Shown in pieces: positions 1-5,191 of a stretch of DNA of 5,191 nucleotides (position 1 is the stretch's first letter; the number at the start of each line of letters is the position of its first letter). A model generated the notes under the pieces. It did no database searches. It worked only from the letters and a program-made list of their open reading frames with translations, and had not been told where the DNA came from. Origin of the DNA: Octopus sinensis. Lineage: Eukaryota. The stretch spans positions 1-5,191 of the forward strand of contig NW_021830115.1 in assembly GCF_006345805.1 (NCBI RefSeq). The letters run 5' to 3'. A program made the translations under genes and the position numbers.

Positions 1-144
1 CAGTATTCAAACGGTACTTATTTCATCGACCGCGAAAGAATAAAGGCCAAGTTGACCTCGGCGGAATTTGAACTCACAACGTAGAGACAGATGAAATATC
101 GCTAAGTATTTTCGACCGGCATGCTAACGATTCAACAAGCTCAC
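1..144 (-). mobile_element. tRNA-derived SINE, 5' head plus start of central domain (continues beyond left edge)
   Basis: The minus strand reads GTGAGCTTGTTGAATCGTTAGC...GAGTTCAAATTCCGCCGAGGTCAACTTGGCCTTTATTCTTTCGCGGTCGATGAAATAAGTACC. It has a Pol III B-box (GAGTTCAAATTCC, 63-75) and a degenerate A-box near 125-138. The GCCTTT-ATCCTTTCGGGGTCGATAAAATAAGTACC-like block that follows is one I recall from abundant octopus SINEs. Family name not verified. Confidence 0.7.
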
Positions 145-828
145 AGATAGAGAAGGTCGGGTGAATGGTTGTATAGATCACAAACCTGAAAAGGTTTGTA
201 GAAGCTTTTTTAAGCGTTTGTTCGGTCAGTTGCCAAATAAGATTGCTTACGGTGGAGTCACCCCTTTAACATTAATGTTGTGTGTGGTAGTTGATATAGA
301 GAAGAGAAGTGTTTCAGAAATATGACAGACGAGGCTTTTTCTCAAATGAAAAATGTTTTATTTAATAACATTAAAATAAATAAAAGAGTCACAGAGAAAA
401 AATACAACAGCAAAGAAACAACATAGAATATTCACTTTGAATAATACATTCGGAAAGCAAATACATAAACTTGTCTTTGTGTGCAACAGAATATTTCAGA
501 AAATATATTAAGCATAAGAAGGAATAAAAATGATGCGAATGTGTATATATATACATGTGATAAATATTTTGCATTTCCGAGCTGAACAATGGTATATAAT
601 AATGAAAACGATAAACTCTGAAATAAGAAAATTTATTGTCAGTTTTTATATTGTAAAATGTGCCAGAGTGTTAGCATTGTGGTCAGTTAAAAACGCTACA
701 ACGGACAGGTCACTTGTTTGATTTCTTACAAGTATTACAATGTACCAAAATATTTCGTTTCAAATCCGATACTGTAAATTCAACAACAACGATCGTGTAG
801 AATATGGGCAAAAATAGTTTCTGCTATC

Positions 829-900
<72 letters not shown>

Positions 901-912
901 TAATAATAATAA
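829..912. repeat. (TAA)n microsatellite, 28 units with one AAA interruption
   Basis: Direct reading: (TAA)23 at 829-897, AAA at 898-900, (TAA)4 at 901-912. Confidence 0.97.
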
Positions 913-974
913 TGAAATTATATATATGTATGTGTGCGTATGTATTCATATATAAAAAGTTTAATATACTTTTT

Positions 975-1170
975 GATAGTTATATATATTAATAATAATT
1001 AAAAAAAATAATACAAAAATGAAATATAAAAAATAAAAATAAAAATAAATACATATGTATATATAAAAATTTATAAATATTAATTAATAATTTTAAATTT
1101 TTAATTTAAAATTTAATTAATTTAAATATTGAAATTTATATTTTATATTGTATATAATTATAATTTTTTC
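975..1170. repeat. Near-pure A/T low-complexity tract including short (AAAAT)n
   Basis: Very few G/C bases; AAAAT repeats around 1027-1050 and TTTAAA/AATT runs. Confidence 0.7.
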
Positions 1171-1240
1171 GGTTTTGTTTATGTTGTTCATTGTTGATTG
1201 CCTAATAGTTGTTTATCTCTAGTTTATTTATATATAAAAC

Positions 1241-1316
1241 ATATATATATATATAGATATATATATATTATATATATATATATATATAGATATATATATG
1301 TATATAGATATATATA
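1241..1316. repeat. Imperfect (TA)n microsatellite, followed by a short (CA)n patch at ~1329-1364
   Basis: Direct reading; TA dinucleotide run with occasional G substitutions (TAGA, TATG). Confidence 0.93.
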
Positions 1317-1796
1317 CACGCATAACTACACAAACACACACGTGTACACGTCCACACACACACATCCTCATTAAAATGATACATCTGCCACGTCATGATA
1401 AAATCACAAATGAAATGAATTTAAAGACAGGAAAAAAGCCTCATTATTTAAGAAAAAGTAACAAGTTCGAACACGAAATATTCGTGAAGGTCTTACAACG
1501 CTGAGGCATAATCACTTTGAAAGAATAATTGAAAATAAATTAATAATATCCGGCTGCTGATGCGATAAAATCCTTGAGTCTATTCAATATGTAGTAACCG
1601 TGATTTATTTGTTGAAAGTATATTTTCTTTCTTTCCTCTTAAGTAGCCATGTTTTCGTGGAGTATAATCTAGTTATGTTCTTAGTATCGATTAGTATCCA
1701 GAAGTGATAAGATACTCACAATCAGGGAAAATGATTATTGTTTTATTGAATTTTAAAATATAATCCCAACGTTTATAATATTTTTCATCAGTGAAT

Positions 1797-1942
1797 GTGC
1801 GTGGCTTAGGGATCAGGATTTGCACTCACGATTCGTTGAACGTGAGATCGATTCATGGAGTGGATGGCGTGTGTTATCCTTGAGCAAAGTTCTGTATTTC
1901 ACGTTGCCCCAGGGCTGTGAGGGGACTGGCATATCAATGAAT
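1797..1942 (+). mobile_element. tRNA-derived SINE head plus CORE/V-like central domain (second family)
   Basis: A-box-like TGGCTTAGGGA (1802-1812), a stem CTCACG/CGTGAG (1825-1830/1841-1846) and a B-box-like GAGATCGATTCA (1844-1855). These are followed by TGTGTTATCCTTGAGCAAAGTTCTGTATTTCACGTTGC, which resembles the TGTGTCCTTGAGCAAGACACTT motif of CORE/V-type SINE domains. Superfamily assignment is from memory. Confidence 0.65.
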
Positions 1943-1945
1943 AGA

Positions 1946-2156
1946 CCCAACGTTTCGTCTGAGTTTCGTAAAAAGCGACCAAAAGGGGGCGAGTTAGGAT
2001 TTGCACTTTGATCCCGTAAAATCCTCACTACCAACGACTGCCCAAACAGAGCCATGGGTTGTAGGGTTGTCGCCGAAATTGCAAAAAGGGGTCGTCCGCC
2101 AAGGAATCCCTTAGAAATGGGGGATGAAGCGACGCACTGTAACACAGCATGCTTCC
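1946..2156 (+). mobile_element. Interspersed repeat module, probably a SINE body/3' end (copy 1)
   Basis: 2065-2156 recurs inverted at 5080-5171 (84/92 identical, ungapped, hand alignment). CGTAAAAAGCGACC (1967-1980) resembles the GTCGTAAGAGGCGACTAA motif I recall from metazoan SINE central domains. There are stem-loops near the 3' end (ATCCCTT/GGGGGAT; GCACTGT-AAC-ACAG(CA)TGC), and the module runs directly into a microsatellite tail. Confidence 0.6.
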
Positions 2157-2523
2157 ATGTATGAATGAATGTGTGTATGTATGTGTGTATATATATATGT
2201 GTGTGTATGTATTCATGTATGTATGAATGTGTGTATGTATGTGTGTGTATATATGTTAGTATGTGTGTATATATATATGTGTGTGTATATATTCATGTAT
2301 GTAGGTGTGTAGGCATGTATGTGAGTGTATCTATTCATATATGTATGTGTGTATATATGTATGTGTGTGTATGTATTCATGTATGTATGTATATATATAT
2401 ATGTGTGTGTATGTATTCATGTATGTTTGAATGTGTGTATGTATGTGTGTGTATATATGTATGTATGTATGTGTGCGTATGTAGGCATGTATGTATGTGT
2501 GTATGTATGCATGTATATATGTA
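2157..2523 (+). repeat. Compound (TATG)/(TG)/(TA) microsatellite-minisatellite tail of copy 1
   Basis: Direct reading. The marker ATTCAT recurs at 2211, 2291, 2333, 2375 and 2415 (about 40-42 bp periodicity). Confidence 0.92.
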
Positions 2524-2580
2524 CCGGGGTTGGACAAAAATAAAGGAAACAACTTAAAATTTCAAACAAATATATTTTAA
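2524..2580. mobile_element. Tc1-like DNA transposon terminal fragment (solo end)
   Basis: TA (2522-2523) followed by CCGGGGTTGGACAAAAATAAAGGAAACAAC, close to the Tc1-type TIR pattern TA|CAGGGGTTGGACAAAATAATGGAAACAC (recalled). No partner TIR in the window. Confidence 0.55.
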
Positions 2581-2841
2581 GGAATAGTGAAGTTTACTTA
2601 ACGAACTCTGTAACAGTCATGAACCTTAAAGGTAAGTGAATTAATAATATTAAGAATGAAAAGAGAGATAATTACGGAAATTGTTTTTATAATTCTATGA
2701 TATAAAATACTGTGGCTGACTTGTGCTTTTATTACATTCGGTTTACCATTTTCATTTTCCACTTCCAATGAGAATGGAAAGGACAGGGATTGTTCATACA
2801 TGTTCTTTATATAAAAATACAAAATGTACTTTCTATAAAAT

Positions 2842-2979
2842 TTCGACATTTTCGCCCAAATTGGAAATATCTAAACCACTCGTAAATTTGTATGCGACTC
2901 GTACACCCCTCTCCATACACTTACTGCAACTTTGCATACACCTCTGAGTAAGTATCGCCATGACAACTTTCTCTGGCAT
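2842..2979 (-). pseudogene. mariner (DD34D-type) transposase N-terminal HTH fragment, disrupted
   Basis: ATG at 2979-2977 gives MPEKV, then an apparent deletion/frameshift, then GDTYSEVYAKLQ*VYGEGCTSRIQIYEWFRYFQFGRK, and after a further small frameshift VE. This matches the mariner pattern 'ETYxxLxxVYGExCxSRxQVYEWFRRFxxGRxxVE'. In-frame stop at 2923-2921. Confidence 0.8.
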
Positions 2980-3172
2980 GCTCAATGCGACGATCAAACG
3001 CAACACCTCTTCTTTCCAAGCAATGCTGTAAATAGCACAAATGATCTAGAACGTTAAAACTTAGCGGTCTTGCACAACAGAGCCCCAGGCCAATTTTTGC
3101 CTAGCTCCTCTATCCAAAATGCTTCAGCTTCATCCTCTTGTTACATCCGGATAGTTTTTGATAGAAATCGTG
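2842..3172 (-). mobile_element. Decayed mariner element, 5' TIR + 5' UTR + start of transposase; 3'-truncated
   Basis: The minus strand begins TA|CACGATTTCTATCAAAAACTATCCGG (TA at 3173-3174), a mariner-type TIR pattern (cf. CxxGGTCTGATCAAAAAGTATCCGG, recalled), upstream of a transposase-like translation. Confidence 0.75.
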
Positions 3173-3177
3173 TACAA

Positions 3178-3231
3178 ATATATATATATCATATATATAT
3201 ATATATATATAATATATACTATATATATATA

Positions 3232-3269
<38 letters not shown>

Positions 3270-3308
3270 TGATATATATATATATATGGTATATATATAT
3301 ATATATTA

Positions 3309-3351
<43 letters not shown>
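3178..3351. repeat. Imperfect (TA)n microsatellite
   Basis: Direct reading. Confidence 0.95.
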
Positions 3352-3353
3352 GT

Positions 3354-3495
3354 AGTTAGTTAGTTAGTTAGTTAATTGACTCAAAAGCAAATAGCAAGGC
3401 CATGTAGGGGGGACATGGAGTTAAGTACAGGGTGGTGTTCATGTAAAGAGTTCAGGCCACTTGAGGTCCAGGGAGGCTTGGAACAAAGCGGTCGT
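3354..3495 (-). mobile_element. 5'-truncated CR1/L2-like LINE 3' end with (TAAC)n tail
   Basis: The minus strand translates TTALFQASLDLKWPELFT* (stop at 3441-3439), like the 'FKxxLDxxW' C-terminus of CR1/L2-type ORF2. A short 3' UTR follows, then a (TAAC)5 tail (3354-3375). (TA)n flanks both sides. Confidence 0.65.
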
Positions 3496-3609
3496 ATATA
3501 TATATATATATATATAAATATATTATATATATACAATATATATAATATATATATATATATTATATATATATATATATATAATAATATATATATATAATAA
3601 CAATATATA

Positions 3610-3643
<34 letters not shown>

Positions 3644-3690
3644 CTATCTATATATATTATATATATATATATATTCATATATATATATAA
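3495..3690. repeat. Imperfect (TA)n microsatellite
   Basis: Direct reading; probably the other half of the array at 3178-3351. Confidence 0.95.
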
Positions 3691-3694
3691 CAAA

Positions 3695-3975
3695 TCTTTA
3701 TATATATAAAACAGAGAATGTGTGTGTGTTGTGGGTGTGTGTCTGTCTGTGTGTTTCCCTAAAACTTGAGAACTACACAACCAATCTCATTCAAATTTTA
3801 CACATACCTTACTTAGGGTCCATGTAGTTTCATGGCCAAAAGAAATGTTCAACTTCTTGACTTGAGCGAGCCCATAGCAATATCATATCTTCTCCACTAT
3901 TTCAGTATTACGTGTTGAAAGTGAAACAAAAACGTTTCTCTATTTTATGTCAGATATTTTCACTTTGACAATAAA
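3695..3975 (+). mobile_element. Non-autonomous Helitron-like element, 5' portion (right boundary uncertain)
   Basis: A|TCTTTATATATATAAAA 5' end (TC after A, 3694|3695), a subterminal (TG)/(TGTC) microsatellite, then AAAACTTGAGAACTACACAACCAATCTCATTCAAATTTTACAC. This resembles the 'AAAACTACTGAACCGATTTxAxTxAAATTT' motif of animal non-autonomous Helitrons (recalled). No convincing hairpin+CTRR 3' end was found. Confidence 0.55.
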
Positions 3976-4420
3976 GATATTAATAACAATTGAATTATAT
4001 GTAGTAAGTAATAATTAAAATCAAACTAATGTATAATATAATCGTAACATAACAAAAGTAAAAATAGCAATTGGTATGGAATTGCATCAATGACTTGAAC
4101 TTCAATAAGTGGTTTCACATGAATGGGAATAAATCAAAAATAAAATTAGTGTGCAGAAATGGAATAGTCCAGATGGATAATAAAAATAAATAAAATAAAT
4201 GACTATTGTCTATAAAGTATACAATGTTGAGAAAAAGAAGATTTGAACACATGGAGGAAAGCACCTTCGAAAAGTGTCTTGGTGCGACTATGAAAGATAT
4301 CTAATAAGAGGCGGTAAATTCGCCACAATAGAAGAAAGGTTCGAGTCAACGGAGCGTGCGAGAGTACTCGACCAACTTGCAATGTGAAAATATTTTATTT
4401 TTACCTTTATATCTGGGACG

Positions 4421-4452
<32 letters not shown>

Positions 4453-4644
4453 TATATATATATATGTAAAATAAATATATATATTTACATTATATATATA
4501 TAATATATATATATAATATATATATATATATCTATATATATAGATACATATATATATATATATAAATACATATATTATATAGATATATATATATCATATA
4601 TATATATATATATATATTATACTACATATATATATAAATATATA
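4421..4644. repeat. Imperfect (TA)n microsatellite
   Basis: Direct reading. Confidence 0.95.
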
Positions 4645-5079
4645 CACACATTCATACATACATATATACACACATACATACACACATACATACATACATA
4701 CACACATAGATACATGAATACATACACACACATACCTATATACACACATACATACATATATACACACACATACATACACACATTCATACATACATGAATG
4801 CATACACATACATACACACATACATGAATAGACACACATACATATATACACACATACATACATATATACACACATACATACACACATTCGTATATACACG
4901 AATACATACACACACATAGATATATACACTCATACAGACATGAATACATACACACACATACATATATACACACATACATAGATATATACACGCACATACC
5001 TACATACATTCATACATACAGGAATACATACACGCACATACATATATACACACATACATACACACATTCATACATACAC
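4645..5079 (-). repeat. Compound (CATA)/(CA)/(TA) tail of copy 2; reverse complement of the 2157-2523 type
   Basis: The reverse complement begins GTGTATGTATGAATGTGTGTATGTATGTGTGTATATATGTATGTGCGTGTATGTATTCCTG, aligning block-for-block with ATGTATGAATGAATGTGTGTATGTATGTGTGTATATATATATGTGTGTGTATGTATTCATG after 2156. Confidence 0.92.
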
Positions 5080-5191
5080 GGAAGCATGCTGTGTTACAGT
5101 GCGTGGCTTCATCCCCCATTTCTAAGGGATTACTTGTCGGACAACCCCTTTGTACAATTTAGGCGAGAACCTAAATTAGTCGTTTTTTACG
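5080..5191 (-). mobile_element. Copy 2 of the 1946-2156 module, inverted, truncated by window end
   Basis: 5080-5171 is the reverse complement of 2065-2156 with 8 substitutions; 5178-5191 matches 1967-1980 at 12/14. Confidence 0.8.

Noticed and set aside
389-721. ORFs 389-589(-) and 530-721(+)
   Set aside because: Short, AT-rich, no recognisable motif; expected by chance.
1340-1396. 12-bp palindrome ACGTGTACACGT (1340-1351, overlapping E-box CACGTG) and TGCCACGTCAT (1386-1396, CREB3/ATF6/XBP1-like site)
   Set aside because: Short motifs beside a (CA)n patch, with no promoter context; not distinguishable from chance.
1472-1486. Small inverted repeats CACGAA/TTCGTG (also GCAATT/AATTGC 4067-4085; ATGTAAA/TTTACAT 4464-4490)
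   Set aside because: Stems of 6-7 bp are expected frequently in AT-rich 5 kb.
1797-1860. tRNA gene
   Set aside because: The A/B boxes are degenerate, there is no acceptor stem, and it runs into a SINE core domain; it is a SINE head.
1813-2216. ORFs 1813-2145(-), 1820-2011(+) and 2028-2216(-) over the SINE region; the MLCYS... frame is also open in copy 2
   Set aside because: No recognisable domain. In the MLCYS frame 6 amino acids change and only one codon change is synonymous between copies, so there is no sign of purifying selection. The antiparallel plus frame (…SPKLQKGVVRQGIP*) has 3 synonymous changes, but the numbers are too small and it stops in both copies.
2524-3172. Tc1 end and mariner end facing each other as if one MITE
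   Set aside because: The two termini are not reverse complements; they belong to different families.
4295-4420. Helitron 3' terminus (hairpin + CTRR)
   Set aside because: CTAA at 4301 lacks an upstream GC hairpin, and CTGG at 4413 is followed by G rather than T and is far from the hairpins; the 3' end is not assignable.
804-5009. Supplied ORFs rich in I/Y/C/V/M/H/T (e.g. 804-992, 2165-2557, 2325-2543, 2331-2552, 3070-3363, 3130-3348, 3376-3597, 3381-3617, 3523-3780, 4594-4929, 4617-5009, 4784-4975)
   Set aside because: They are translations of (TAA)n, (TA)n and (TATG)n, which lack stops in those frames; there is no protein signal.
829-5079. CRISPR array or telomeric repeats
   Set aside because: No constant repeats with unique equal-length spacers; (TTAG)n at 3354-3375 is a LINE tail, not TTAGG/TTAGGG.

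Overview
AT-rich, repeat-dense eukaryotic non-coding DNA (intron or intergenic). No intact protein-coding gene or RNA gene is supported. The supplied ORFs are translations of microsatellites (I/Y/C/V/M/H/T runs), TE fragments or unrecognisable AT-rich sequence. The window is a mosaic of two different tRNA-derived SINE pieces (1-144 minus; 1797-1942 plus) and an inverted pair of a ~91% identical module with long compound (TATG/TGTG/TATA) tails (1946-2523 plus; 4645-5191 minus, running off the window). Between the arms lie a Tc1-like end, a decayed mariner 5' half, a CR1/L2-like LINE 3' stub and a Helitron-like 5' end, most of them abutting TA-rich microsatellites. The repeat families resemble ones I recall from Octopus (coleoid cephalopod) genomes; this is an inference, not a database result. 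The most interesting observations are the long inverted pair around a candidate small exon, and two motifs repeated on one 181-bp diagonal that together sketch a decayed minimal hammerhead core. I cannot claim a novel system from sequence alone.
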